Source: an uncultured Candidatus Binatia bacterium (lineage in GTDB: Bacteria > Desulfobacterota > Binatia > UBA9968 > CAXXLF01). From it: a stretch of 64,000 bases of DNA. Positions 9,737 to 20,467 of the stretch are shown here, piece after piece (within the stretch, counting starts at the first letter, position 1; every line of letters begins with the position of its first letter). Position numbers and translations under genes: made by a program. The stretch is from assembly GCA_965218425.1 (NCBI GenBank), contig OZ244621.1, positions 1,248,001 through 1,312,000 on the forward strand. The letters are read 5' to 3'. The notes beneath the pieces are model-generated. The model had not been told where the DNA came from, searched no databases, and saw only the letters and a list, made by a program, of their open reading frames with translations.

Positions 9737-10600
9737 ATGGTAGAACCATCCAAGATCGGCGTAATAGGTGCCGGTACCATGGGAGCAGGCATTGCGCAGG
9801 TGTCGGCCCAGGCCGGGTTCGACACGGTCATCTACGATGTTTCCCAGGAATTTGTCGACAAAGGGCTGGGAAGGATACGTGGCTTTATTCAAAGGAGTCG
9901 AGAGAGAGGCAAGCTAACGCCTGAACAGGAAAAGCAGATTCTCGCTCGCCTTAAGGGTTCCCTCAAGCTGGAAGACCTGGGTGGCGGCTGCCTGATCATT
10001 GAAGCGGCTCCGGAGAAAATCGAGTTAAAGCGAGATATATTTCAAAAACTTGATTCCCTCTGTGCTCCGCAGACCTTGCTCGCAACCAACACGTCGTCTC
10101 TCTCGGTGACCGCCATAGCCGCATCCATAAAGCACCCGGAACGGGCCATTGGCATGCATTTTTTTAACCCTCCGCCACTCATGGCCCTGGTTGAGGTGAT
10201 CCAGGGAGCACAGACTCTCCCCGAGAACCTCCAAAAGGCCGTAGAACTGGTACGAAAGATGGGTAAGACGCCTGTTTCGGCCAAAGACACACCAGGATTC
10301 GTCGTGAATCGAATCGCGAGACCCTTTTATAATGAGGCACTGCGTATCCTCGGAGATGGAGACGCCACGGTTGAAACCATCGACCGAATCATGAAAGAGG
10401 CGGGCAAGTTCCGCATGGGCCCCTTTGAGCTTATGGATCTCATTGGCAACGATGTGAACTTCGCGGCAACCAGCTCACTCTACGAGGCCTTTTTCCATGA
10501 CCCCCGTTTCCGTCCCAGCCCCATTCAGCACAGGATGTTTCAGGCAGGCCACTTGGGAAGGAAAACGGGCAAGGGCTTTTACACCTATGAGTCAAAGTAA
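9737..10600 (+). CDS. paaH: 3-hydroxyacyl-CoA dehydrogenase (N-terminal half of PaaH)
   Basis: GAGTMGAGIA, ATNTSSLS, GMHFFNP, PGFVVNR and GRKTGKGFY motifs; ATG at 9737. Confidence 0.88.
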   Translation: MVEPSKIGVIGAGTMGAGIAQVSAQAGFDTVIYDVSQEFVDKGLGRIRGFIQRSRERGKLTPEQEKQILARLKGSLKLEDLGGGCLIIEAAPEKIELKRDIFQKLDSLCAPQTLLATNTSSLSVTAIAASIKHPERAIGMHFFNPPPLMALVEVIQGAQTLPENLQKAVELVRKMGKTPVSAKDTPGFVVNRIARPFYNEALRILGDGDATVETIDRIMKEAGKFRMGPFELMDLIGNDVNFAATSSLYEAFFHDPRFRPSPIQHRMFQAGHLGRKTGKGFYTYESK

Positions 10601-11318
10601 CGTCGCGATCATCGGAAAAAATCGTTTGGCGGAAGAGCTTCATCAATTATGCCGTGATAAAGGATTGACAACGGCACTCTATTCGGACGTTTCCAAGGTG
10701 CCCGCTTCCACCAGCATAGCGGTGGAGACTCTCCCCGGCGCCGAGGATGAAAAGAAAAAAGTCATCCGTCAACTCGACACCACACTGTCACCCTCAGTCG
10801 TTACGGTCACCTCCTGCTTAGGGTCATCCACCACACAAATAGCCGCTTGGACGAGGCGACCCGAAAGAGTCGTAGGCTTTGCCACATTTTCCCCCATTGA
10901 AAACAAAGGGGTGATAGAACTGGCCGGGGGAATCAGGACGGATGAGGCCGCTCTGGGTGAGGCTGAGAACTTTTTTCGTCAGCTGGGAAAGGAAACGGCA
11001 AGGGTCAAAGATGAGCCGGGACTTATCTTTCCTCGTATTCTGAGCCTCATTATTAACGAGGCCGTGAGAAGTCTCGATGAAGGCGTGGCGGTGGCGGAGG
11101 AGATCGACGTGGCCCTCCAGCTGGGCACCAACTATCCGCTGGGACCACTGCGCTGGGCTGACCAGGTTGGCCTGGACGAAGTGCTCACCGTGCTGGAAGG
11201 ATTGCAACGAGAAACCGGAGACGACCGTTATCGGCCCAGTCCGCTGCTTAGGAAAATGGTCCTTGCGGGTCACCTGGGTGAGGCTAGCGGGCAGGGGTTC
11301 TATCGGTACGGCAAATAA
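10587..11318 (+). CDS. 3-hydroxyacyl-CoA dehydrogenase-like protein (equivalent to the C-terminal half of PaaH)
   Basis: IINEA...EIDVALQLGTNYPLGPL and YRPSPLL motifs; degenerate Rossmann motif (IIGKNRLA); no catalytic His-containing GMHFF. Confidence 0.8.
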   Translation: MSQSNVAIIGKNRLAEELHQLCRDKGLTTALYSDVSKVPASTSIAVETLPGAEDEKKKVIRQLDTTLSPSVVTVTSCLGSSTTQIAAWTRRPERVVGFATFSPIENKGVIELAGGIRTDEAALGEAENFFRQLGKETARVKDEPGLIFPRILSLIINEAVRSLDEGVAVAEEIDVALQLGTNYPLGPLRWADQVGLDEVLTVLEGLQRETGDDRYRPSPLLRKMVLAGHLGEASGQGFYRYGK

Positions 11319-11374
11319 TCGGTAAGAGATAGTTTGTAAACTGTAAGCGCAGTCATGGATCCCTCGGAGAAGGA

Positions 11375-12583
11375 ATGATGAAAGGGGCAGTGATCGTAGA
11401 GGCCATTCGGACCCCCATGGGACGCCATGGCGGTATTCTTAAGGACATCCGCCCGGACGATATGGCGGCGGACCTCATCGATAAAATCGTGCAACGGACC
11501 GGAATCAACCGTGAGGGAATAGAAGACGTTTACATTGGATGTACTAACCAAGCCGGGGAAGATTCCCGCAATATTGCCCGAAACGCCGCTCTGCTTGCAG
11601 GTCTTCCTCACACCATACCCGGTGCCACGGTTAATCGACTGTGTGGGTCCGGCCTTGAAGCAATCAACCAGGCTGGACGAGCCATCGAAACGGAGCATGG
11701 CGAACTCTTTATTGCCGGGGGTGTAGAAAGCATGACCCGCGGTCCACTGGTCATGCCAAAAGGAGGTAGGCCCTTTCAGTCGGGTAACGTCACCGTCTAT
11801 GACAGCACATTGGGGTGGCGATTTCCCAATTCTCGACTAGGCGAACTCTACCCGCTGGTCAATAACGGGGTTACGGCAGAGAATGTGGCAGAAAGATACA
11901 AGATCAGTCGGAAAGATCAGGACGCATTCGCCTTAGAAAGCCACCACAAAGCCCTTAACGCTCACGAGAAGGGCTATCTCAAGGACGAAATCGTCCCCGT
12001 TGAGGTTCGTCAACCACGAAGCGGAACGGTTACTTATGATCGAGACGAGGGGCCCAGATCCGACACCTCTATGGAAAAACTGGCGGCTTTGAAGCCGGTC
12101 TTTAAGGAAAAGGGAACGGTAACCGCGGGAAATTCTTCTCCGTTGTCCGACGGAGCATCCATGCTCCTCATTACCACTGAAGAAAAGGCAAAATCACTAG
12201 GTCTGAAACCGTTGGCACGCATTGTCGCGTCAGCCGTCGCTGGTGTGGATCCATCTTACTTTGGCATTGGCCCGATTCCAGCCAGCCAAAAGGCCCTCAA
12301 AAGGGCCCGCCTCACTATGGATCAAATGGACTTGATCGAACTCAATGAGGCCTTTTCCTCACAATCCCTCGCCTGCATTAGGGAATTGGATATGGATCCG
12401 AAAAAGGTTAACGTCAACGGGGGCGCCATTGCCCTAGGTCATCCACTGGGTTGCAGCGGCGCCCGCATTATGACGACATTGATTCATGCCATGGGACAGC
12501 GCGGAGGCCGGTATGGCCTGGCAACCATGTGCATTGGAGTAGGCCAAGGGATTACCACCATTGTGGAAAGTATGAACTCATAG
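11375..12583 (+). CDS. paaJ: Thiolase (3-oxoadipyl-CoA thiolase, PaaJ/PcaF-like)
   Basis: [30 protein letters not shown] and MCIGVGQG motifs. Confidence 0.85.
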   Translation: MMKGAVIVEAIRTPMGRHGGILKDIRPDDMAADLIDKIVQRTGINREGIEDVYIGCTNQAGEDSRNIARNAALLAGLPHTIPGATVNRLCGSGLEAINQAGRAIETEHGELFIAGGVESMTRGPLVMPKGGRPFQSGNVTVYDSTLGWRFPNSRLGELYPLVNNGVTAENVAERYKISRKDQDAFALESHHKALNAHEKGYLKDEIVPVEVRQPRSGTVTYDRDEGPRSDTSMEKLAALKPVFKEKGTVTAGNSSPLSDGASMLLITTEEKAKSLGLKPLARIVASAVAGVDPSYFGIGPIPASQKALKRARLTMDQMDLIELNEAFSSQSLACIRELDMDPKKVNVNGGAIALGHPLGCSGARIMTTLIHAMGQRGGRYGLATMCIGVGQGITTIVESMNS

Positions 12584-12606
12584 GCTCTAAGGCCTCAGGG
12601 CACAAC

Positions 12607-15279
12607 ATGATACAAAAGTCCCTCAGGGCTCTCACATTTTTTTTCTTGGCATTTGTTCTCCTTGTGGTCGTTCTCATGATGTTCCTCAACGCCCTGGTAG
12701 ACGGAAATCGAGAAAGCATTCGCGAGGAGATCCACAAAGCACTCGGCAGGTCCATCTCCTTTGATGAAGTCCGCCCCTATCCGTGGAGCGGTCTCGGGCT
12801 GATTGCCAAAAATCTCCGCATAGCAGACGACCACCGCTTTGCGGCGACCCCGCTGCTTCAGACCAAAGAGGTCAGGATGCAGGTGCGTTGGTTGCCGCTG
12901 CTGCTGGGGAATATTCAGATTAAGAAGTTTATCCTGGGTGAGCCCGAAATCCAGCTTATCAAGGACGAAAAAGGGAAATTTAATCTCTTCGCTCTGGGGA
13001 CATCCCAGAAACGCCCAAGGGACACAGGAGGACCTCCAGTTGCCAAGGAAAAAGCCCCAGTGGGATTTTCCCTATCTGGGGTGGAGGTGAAGAACGGGAA
13101 GATCCACTACGTGGACCGTTCCTCAAAGGATCCGGTGGAGATTCGATTGCACAACCTGGACTTGGATCTGAATGCCTCTGCCCTCACGCAAACCGTGAAG
13201 ATCAAACTGAAGGCCGCTTTATTGGATGGGAACACGCAAAACGTCACCATGGAGGGATGGGTGGGACCCCTGACGTCCGTAAAGGAGTGGACCGAATACC
13301 ACCTAGATCTCCAAATGGGCATCGATTCTTTGCTCGTGCCCCAATTGACAAGCGCGGTTCCATTCCTGAACGATAAGATTCCATCCTATATCGACATATC
13401 GGGCCCCCTCACCATCAGGACAAAAGTCTTGGGCACCGTCCGGCAACCCCGCATCACAGGATTGACTCTGGAGGGCGCCATATTTGGCTCCCAGACCAAC
13501 AACCTACAGATAACGGCAGATGCGGACCTGACCAACGGTCATTCGAACCATGACACGAAGTTCAAAGGAAAATTGGTCCTTGAACCGGTGACTCTAGAGC
13601 GACTGAAGAAGATCCCCTTTGTGGCAGGCTTCCTTCCCGCCTCACTCACCTCAAAAGGTCCAATTGGTATCGTCAGCAATGTTGAGGGAACTCTCCAAGA
13701 CCTCCGAGTCGACACCTTGATCAAGGCTGACGGTAGCGAGCTCGGATACGGGACATGGTTCAACAAACCAAGAGGGGTCCCGGCAAAGATGCGGCTTCGG
13801 GTTGCACGGACCAACAACCAATTATCCCTGCACCCGTCGAGCTTATCCATTCATAACATTAATCTCGACTTTGCCGGCTCCCTGGAAGAATCTCCGGAGC
13901 GGCTCTTCCGGCTCCGAGTTCGGACAGATGCAGTAGAACTAGCAGGCTGGGAGAAGCTATTGCCCCCGGTCGCTCCCTACGACCTTGCCGGAGAAGTAGG
14001 GTTCAATCTCTCCATTAAGAAGATGTTTTCTCCTCAAGGAAATGACTTGAATGTTCAGGGTTTTCTGAACCTAGGGAATCTCCGTATCAAAGATAGAAAA
14101 ACCGGGCGGCGCATGGAGAAAATCACCTCGCAGATTATCTTTAAGGGTAAGGAGGCAGAAGTAGAAAATCTACAGCTGCGTCTGGGGTCCTCGGACTTCT
14201 CCATTCAGGGTGTGCTTGATAATCTCTCGAATCCCACCTTCCGTTACCGTTTACACTCTCCCAAACTCAACATCGTGGATCTCACCGACCTTCCTGAGTA
14301 CAAATCCGACTGGATGAAAGATTTCACAAGCGAGGGAGAAGTCCAGCTAAAGAACGGCATCCCATCAGTGGAAGCTGAAATTAGTATGCGTGAAGGCATC
14401 CTACAAGAGCTAACGTACCAAAACCTCAATGGAGCAATCCTATGGCGTCCAGGTAGTTTAACAGTGAAGGACCTTATCGCCCAAGCCCTCGGGGGAGATT
14501 TCAAAGTAAATGGAACCTGGGAACAGGTGGATGGGCGGAAACCCAATTTCACTTTTACTCCTGACATCAGAGGCATGGACCTAAAGGCGTTGCTGCCCCG
14601 CGTCTCCCCTGAGTTTGGGGACGGCGTGGAGGGATCATTATACCTGGAGGCAAAGCTGGAAGGATCCGGAGACAACTGGGAAAGCGTCAAGCGCACTCTG
14701 CAAGGGCAGGGCCATGCGGAGATCATAAAGGGCAAGCTCAAGGACCTCAACTTGGTCAAGCGAGTGCTCTCCCGAGTGACGGGCCTGCCAGGTATTGGCA
14801 ACATGATATCATCGAGTTTGTCGCCACGATACGCAACGATCTTTGAGAGACAGGACACTCCCTTTGATTCATTGGAGGCCAATTTCAACGTCAAGGAGGG
14901 CCGCATTGGCACAAAGGATCTTCTCATGGCAACCCCTGACTATTTGATTGAAGCGAAGGGGTGGACTGGCCTCGATAGCTCCATGCGATGGGACGCAACA
15001 CTGGCCCTTTCACCTCTCCTGAGCCAGGAACTCATGCAGAAACATAAAAACGTCCGCTATCTCGTGGACAGTCGGGGCAGGTTGGGAGTGCCGTTTCGCC
15101 TGGCGGGGAACCTTCCCCGTGTCCAGCCTAAACCCGACATTAAACTCCTGGCGGAAATAATTAAAAGAGGTCTGTTGCAAAAAAGCGGGCAAGTTTCCAT
15201 GGGAGGTAAAAAATCGGACAACAGCGGAACGGATCAACACTGGATCAGAAGAGGCATCGAGCAACTCTTAGGGGAATAG
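12607..15279 (+). CDS. AsmA family protein
   Basis: N-terminal TM anchor, beta-rich repeats, and an AsmA C-terminal pattern (TPFDSLEANF...VPFRLAG...P). The ATG at 12607 is preferred. Confidence 0.8.
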   Translation: MIQKSLRALTFFFLAFVLLVVVLMMFLNALVDGNRESIREEIHKALGRSISFDEVRPYPWSGLGLIAKNLRIADDHRFAATPLLQTKEVRMQVRWLPLLLGNIQIKKFILGEPEIQLIKDEKGKFNLFALGTSQKRPRDTGGPPVAKEKAPVGFSLSGVEVKNGKIHYVDRSSKDPVEIRLHNLDLDLNASALTQTVKIKLKAALLDGNTQNVTMEGWVGPLTSVKEWTEYHLDLQMGIDSLLVPQLTSAVPFLNDKIPSYIDISGPLTIRTKVLGTVRQPRITGLTLEGAIFGSQTNNLQITADADLTNGHSNHDTKFKGKLVLEPVTLERLKKIPFVAGFLPASLTSKGPIGIVSNVEGTLQDLRVDTLIKADGSELGYGTWFNKPRGVPAKMRLRVARTNNQLSLHPSSLSIHNINLDFAGSLEESPERLFRLRVRTDAVELAGWEKLLPPVAPYDLAGEVGFNLSIKKMFSPQGNDLNVQGFLNLGNLRIKDRKTGRRMEKITSQIIFKGKEAEVENLQLRLGSSDFSIQGVLDNLSNPTFRYRLHSPKLNIVDLTDLPEYKSDWMKDFTSEGEVQLKNGIPSVEAEISMREGILQELTYQNLNGAILWRPGSLTVKDLIAQALGGDFKVNGTWEQVDGRKPNFTFTPDIRGMDLKALLPRVSPEFGDGVEGSLYLEAKLEGSGDNWESVKRTLQGQGHAEIIKGKLKDLNLVKRVLSRVTGLPGIGNMISSSLSPRYATIFERQDTPFDSLEANFNVKEGRIGTKDLLMATPDYLIEAKGWTGLDSSMRWDATLALSPLLSQELMQKHKNVRYLVDSRGRLGVPFRLAGNLPRVQPKPDIKLLAEIIKRGLLQKSGQVSMGGKKSDNSGTDQHWIRRGIEQLLGE

Positions 15280-15338
15280 GATCCCAAGCAACCTCCAGTT
15301 AGGAATCCCAGACTGGGAATGCCGCGTTACCGATTCCA

Positions 15339-15614
15339 ATGAATCTTCACGAAATCTTTCTCGAGATCCTCCCCAAAGACATTGCATACCTCAAATTCGT
15401 CATCGAATCCTACGAAGGGGTGGGCATCGTTCGAACTGTGGATCAGAAAATGGCTGTTGTGGACTTGCTCGTGATTGAAGACTCTATGCAAATTGCCCGT
15501 TCCATCCTGGCCTCCCTCCAGCAAGAAGTGTCCCTCACGGAGATTTTTCGTCCCCCGGACATAGGAGAGGATTGGCTCCTTCAAGAACTGGCCACGGAAG
15601 AAATTTCCACCTGA
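15339..15614 (+). CDS. DUF4911-like small protein
   Basis: DIAYLKFVIESYEGVGIVRTVD signature; TGATG coupling to rnr. Confidence 0.75.
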   Translation: MNLHEIFLEILPKDIAYLKFVIESYEGVGIVRTVDQKMAVVDLLVIEDSMQIARSILASLQQEVSLTEIFRPPDIGEDWLLQELATEEIST

Positions 15615-17746
15615 TGGATTCGGATCCAAAGGCCATTAAACAGACAATCCTTACCTTCTTCTCATCCAAACCACGGCACCGCTTTAGCCTAAATGAGATA
15701 ACTAAAGCCCTTGGTTCATCGGACAACGGGTCTGCAAAGTTCCTATCGGCGCTGGGGGAACTGACCAAGGAGGGAGTCCTGGTACGGTTCAAAAAAAACC
15801 AATACGCCCTCCCTCGGGGCCAGAACATTGTGGTGGGGAGGGTCCAGGGTCATCCAGACGGCTTTGGATTTCTCATCCCGGAAGAAAAGGGCATGGAGGA
15901 CGTCTACCTGAACCGCCGAGAGATGCGTCGAGTGATGCATGGCGATCGTGTTACCGTCCGTGTCGAGAAAAAGAAGAGAGGCGGAACCGAGACCCATATC
16001 ATCCAAGTGCTAGAGCGTGGCCAGCGGAAGTTAGTAGGCACCTATCTGTCCCAGTACGGCAAAGGATTTATCGTACCCATGGACCCAAGGGCAGGTGGTC
16101 CCCTGGAGCTTACGGGAGCAAGCACGGCCATGGAAGAAGGCCAGGTCATCGCCGCGGAAATCGTTCGCTACGGCACCGCTCTTTCTCGCCCCGGCGCAAA
16201 GTTCGTTGAACGGTTAGGCGACCCTGATAATCCTGAAGTACAGGCTGGAGCCATCATTTTCCGCTACGGTCTTCCTTCCACCTTCGCAACTGAGTCACAA
16301 AAACAGGCGGACCTATGCCCGTCTACAATAGACTTCCATGTGATCGCCTCGCGTACCGACCTACGCTGGCTGCCCACGGTAACCATTGACGGGGAACAGG
16401 CGCGTGATTTCGACGACTCGGTAAGCGTCCAAAGGAAAAACGACCACTATCAGCTCTATGTTTCCATTGCCGATGTGGCCCATTATGTAAAGCCTGAAAC
16501 CCCTATGGATCAAGAGGCCTATGAAAGAGGGACCAGCGTTTACTTTCCCGACCGGGCTATCCCTATGCTGCCCGAAACGCTCTCCAATGGAATTTGCAGC
16601 CTCAATCCGGATGTGGACCGCCTCACCAAAACGGCGCTGCTAGAAATCAACTCGAAGGGTGAGGTAGTACAAGCCGACTTCTTCTCTGCGGTCATTCGCA
16701 GTCGCAAACGCCTCACTTACACACAAGTAGCACGGGTCCTGGTGGACAAGGATCCGGAAGAAAGAGAACATTGCAAGGAACTACTGGAGCAGTTGCACCT
16801 CATGGAGGAACTGGCACTGATCCTCCTGGAGAGTCGGACGGCGCGTGGAAATCTAGACTTCGACCTCCCTGAAGCCGAGATCGTCCTGGACCTTCAGGGC
16901 ATGCCAGAAAACATCGTGCGTGCGGAACGCAACATTGCGCACAGAATCATCGAGGAGTTCATGATCGCTGCCAATGAAACCGTGGCGCGCCATCTGACGC
17001 AAAAAGATTTTCCCCTTCTCTATCGAGTACACGAAGAGCCGGAGCAAGGTGTCCTTGAGGCACTGGACCCTTTTCTCTTGAGTCTAGGATACCGCCTCCC
17101 TCTAAAACGTGAAAAACCCACACCCAAGGACCTGCAAAAGCTTTTGGAATTGTGCCGCGGGAAACCCGAAGAACGGGTATTGAACCGGGTTGTACTGAGA
17201 TCCATGAAACAGGCTTGTTACGCGCCTGAAAATACCGGTCATTTCGGCCTCGCCTCCAGTTGTTACACCCACTTCACATCACCCATTCGTCGCTACCCCG
17301 ACCTCCTCGTGCACCGCGCCCTAGAGGAAACCATGGCAGGGAAGAAATTAAGCTCAAGGGAAAAGGACGACCTGCTGCGAAACCTCGTAGAGTTAGGAAG
17401 ACACACCTCCGAACGTGAGCGCATCGCCATGGACGCGGAACGGGAGATGGTGGGCCTCAAAAAGGCGCAGTTCATGATGGACAAAACGGGGGAGAAATTT
17501 ACCGGATTCATCAATGATCTCGCCCCCTTCGGTTTTTTTGTGGAGCTGGAAATCTATTTTGTGGAAGGTCTGGTCCACTTGAACTCCCTCCTCGACGACT
17601 CCTACCACTACTACGAACGCGAGTACATCATCAAAGGCCGCAGACACGGTCGCACCTTTCGGCTTGGAGATGCCGTTCACGTCAAGCTAACGCGCATCAA
17701 CGCCTTTCGCGGTGAGCTCACTTTCGAATTGGTTCATGATCTATAA
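15614..17746 (+). CDS. rnr: Ribonuclease R
   Basis: HPDGFGF, TIDGEQARDFDD, RGTSVYFP and YTHFTSPIRRYPDL motifs, plus a C-terminal S1 domain. Confidence 0.95.
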   Translation: MDSDPKAIKQTILTFFSSKPRHRFSLNEITKALGSSDNGSAKFLSALGELTKEGVLVRFKKNQYALPRGQNIVVGRVQGHPDGFGFLIPEEKGMEDVYLNRREMRRVMHGDRVTVRVEKKKRGGTETHIIQVLERGQRKLVGTYLSQYGKGFIVPMDPRAGGPLELTGASTAMEEGQVIAAEIVRYGTALSRPGAKFVERLGDPDNPEVQAGAIIFRYGLPSTFATESQKQADLCPSTIDFHVIASRTDLRWLPTVTIDGEQARDFDDSVSVQRKNDHYQLYVSIADVAHYVKPETPMDQEAYERGTSVYFPDRAIPMLPETLSNGICSLNPDVDRLTKTALLEINSKGEVVQADFFSAVIRSRKRLTYTQVARVLVDKDPEEREHCKELLEQLHLMEELALILLESRTARGNLDFDLPEAEIVLDLQGMPENIVRAERNIAHRIIEEFMIAANETVARHLTQKDFPLLYRVHEEPEQGVLEALDPFLLSLGYRLPLKREKPTPKDLQKLLELCRGKPEERVLNRVVLRSMKQACYAPENTGHFGLASSCYTHFTSPIRRYPDLLVHRALEETMAGKKLSSREKDDLLRNLVELGRHTSERERIAMDAEREMVGLKKAQFMMDKTGEKFTGFINDLAPFGFFVELEIYFVEGLVHLNSLLDDSYHYYEREYIIKGRRHGRTFRLGDAVHVKLTRINAFRGELTFELVHDL

Positions 17747-17921
17747 AAATTCTGCCGTACCGTGAAAGCTACACAGGATTAAGCAGAAGGTGAATTTAAT
17801 TCACGGAGGCTATCACTGCTTTCCCGAAAACGGTCCAAGAAAAGATCAATGAGAAAATAACGACAGGAAGATTACCGAAAGCACATCGATGGGAGCGGCC
17901 TCCCACCCACCGCGAAGCGAT

Positions 17922-18344
17922 CTAGTCCAACAACGCAATAGTCCAGCCTCGCACGGGAGTTGTTTGACCGGTCTGAAATTCAACGACTGCAAAGTCCTCT
18001 ATTTCAGAGGACATGGGCTTATGCTTAACCATGACAAAGTCAAAACTGCCTATATCCTGAAGCCTGACCTCGGACAAGACAAGGATATCGTTTACCGACT
18101 GAAAGTGGTACCGGGCGATGTCCGTAAAAATAGCGTGGCTGTCCAGGAACCTCCGTGGACAAAGCGCCACTTCTTCGCCGTTGACATGCGCCGAACAGAC
18201 TCCAAAGGGATAATCAATAAGCCTGCTTTGCTTATAACAGACCTTCTCAACGAATGGGCACGAATGATTTCGTCTTGCCTCTTCAGCCTTGCTAGTCGTG
18301 TTCGAGAATGGAAAACCAAAGATCTCGGACGGATATTTTGCCAT
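17922..18344 (-). pseudogene. NotI-family restriction endonuclease, C-terminally truncated
   Basis: EIFG, CPF...C-K...GVCS...CPRRF Cys4 motif, SEVRL...FD...EFQ nuclease motif. The ORF ends about 15 aa after EFQT. Confidence 0.7.
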
Positions 18345-18347
18345 CTC

Positions 18348-19841
18348 TCAATTGCCTAATGCACTTCGCCAGAGTCGGTCTATTTCGGAATCGATGTTCT
18401 CACTATCCAGGCAGCAGCCTAATAATTGGGCGCAATCGCGACAAAAGCTAAAACTGTCGTTACAATTAATTGTCGGTTGTTGTCCGCAAATTGTTCCACC
18501 GATGAGCATTCAGAGCCACCGTCGACTTCACCAAGCACAGCGATCTTACGCCACCCCGCCGAGGTTGGCTTACGTTCAATCGGAGCAACTGCCCAATTCC
18601 CTGCATCTCGTATTCGGTCGTCAAATAGACGTCGGAGTGTCCCTGAGGTCTTCTGCGAAAATATGGGATTATTCTCCAAGGAAGTGTAAGGAAACGAGTA
18701 AGCATGATGCGAAAAGACATGGCGAATTGCCCCCGGTCTTCTCTTTTCCGACCCTTTATACCCGCATAGGAGCGAGTTAAATTCCAGCGACGTAGAAACG
18801 AGCAAGCCCAACCATAATCGATGTCTGGGATCTACCGAATCGAGCAATGTTTTGACAGCACTGACGTACAGCAACTGCCTTGGCGTGAACAGATCCAAGT
18901 AATTTGTGATGTTTTTCCCCAGTAAATCAGATGACTTGGGCCCGCCAAAAATTCTAAGAGATTCTTTGTCTGGTAGACGAGTCCGGGTGCATGTCTTCTT
19001 GGCCTTCGCAATTAAGTCGAGATCGCGTTTATCGACCGCCTTAAAAAAATTGGCCATCAGTTGGACAGAAGCCTGCGTTGATGAGTGGTACGTAGCGCTC
19101 AGGAAAAGATAACTCTGTCATGTTCCCCAGGGATTTCCCGCAAATCTGACAGCCAGTCTCGCCTTTCTCCAAGAGGGTCCATTGATGTCGCCCATGTTTC
19201 ACTTGCCCCGATGGATAATAATCCTCGATTCGCTTGTTGTCCCCATTTGGCTCTTCTCTCAGAAGACTCGAATCGAGGACCAATGCTTCACCACAGCTAC
19301 AAGATTTTCGCACGCCATAAAGAACAAACTGGAGTTCAGACGCTTGACGGCACGTTACGCATTGTGTTTGGAAATACGGGCGGAGCTTCTTTTCAAGTTC
19401 TCCTAAAAAACGTAGAAAAACTGGTTCCTTCTCTTCAATTGGAATCTGCAGTAATGACGCACGAACTTGCAACACGGGCACAGGGTCAAGGTCATACCCG
19501 ATTACACTTGCCCCAAGACGGATAGCTTCGTGAACAGTTGTACCACCCCCCATCATCGGATCGAGGACGGTAATACCCTCCAATCCCCCAGGAGCATAGT
19601 AATCCCGAAGTTTCTCATCCGGGACTAGCTGTTTTAGGATGTAGCGAAATATAGTTCCTGACCTTCGCGCCCACCATTTGTGGAGGTAAGTATTCGGTCG
19701 GAAGAGGTTCTTATTGAACGACTCCAAATGAGCTAGGCCATTTGCATCTTTTTCAGGAAATGACTCATTGATTGGAGCAGAAGCCAGCGGCTTTTGTTGC
19801 TTTCGCTCGTAAAACTGGATTTCAACCTGTTGCCGTGCCAT
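18348..19841 (-). pseudogene. Amino-DNA methyltransferase (DUF1156-like), frameshifted and internally deleted
   Basis: LHKWWARR, LDPMMGGGT and LFTPRQL motifs. Frameshift at a T7 run (about 19043-19049). No DPPY motif. The C-terminal tail is out of frame after about 18465. Confidence 0.75.
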
Positions 19842-19923
19842 GCCGGTAAACTACCTGCGCGAATGGGTGCTTGCAAGCTAAAAAACGACCTCAGTTTCCC
19901 TCAGAGAAAAATCCGCGTTTGGT

Positions 19924-20406
19924 CTATAACGGCTCCTCCCGAACGGCCTGGAAGACTTTTTCCGCAACCTCGCTGTACTCCGTCTTCTCAGGACGGACAA
20001 ATGTCAGTCCGCTGGTGATGGGAGACCCTGGCTCCTGGTCTTCCAGAAGCTGAGCCACCTCCACCCGAAAGAGTGACATGAAGGGGACCGACCCGAGGGA
20101 TTCTTGAATCTCCTGTGCCATTCCCTTGATGTAGTAATTGATCCCGGCGTCGGTAACTAAAAGCGTGATTTTCCCCGCCCGCCTCAAGTTCTTGCCCGTG
20201 GTGCTGGTCTTTCCCACCGCTATATGGATTTGCTTCTCGCTCTTGGCCACGATCTCGCAATAGGACAGCACGGCGGGATGGCACCATCCCTGCTCGTCCA
20301 CGGTAACAATGATAATGGCCTTCCCTTCCTTCGACCCAATATCGTTACCACTGAGTCGACCCAGCAACTCCTCGTTAATAACCTTACCCAAAAGCTTGGA
20401 CATCAT
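19924..20406 (-). CDS. FMN-binding split-barrel (PNPOx-like) protein; candidate prFMN maturase
   Basis: TVDEQGWCHPAVLS and STTGKNLRRAGKITL split-barrel motifs; lies downstream of ubiX. Confidence 0.75.
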   Translation of the reverse strand: MMSKLLGKVINEELLGRLSGNDIGSKEGKAIIIVTVDEQGWCHPAVLSYCEIVAKSEKQIHIAVGKTSTTGKNLRRAGKITLLVTDAGINYYIKGMAQEIQESLGSVPFMSLFRVEVAQLLEDQEPGSPITSGLTFVRPEKTEYSEVAEKVFQAVREEPL

Positions 20407-20467
20407 TTCCCCCCTAAGGGATTATCATCTCATTGCCGTAAAGATCTCCGATCCGATTGACGAATCA

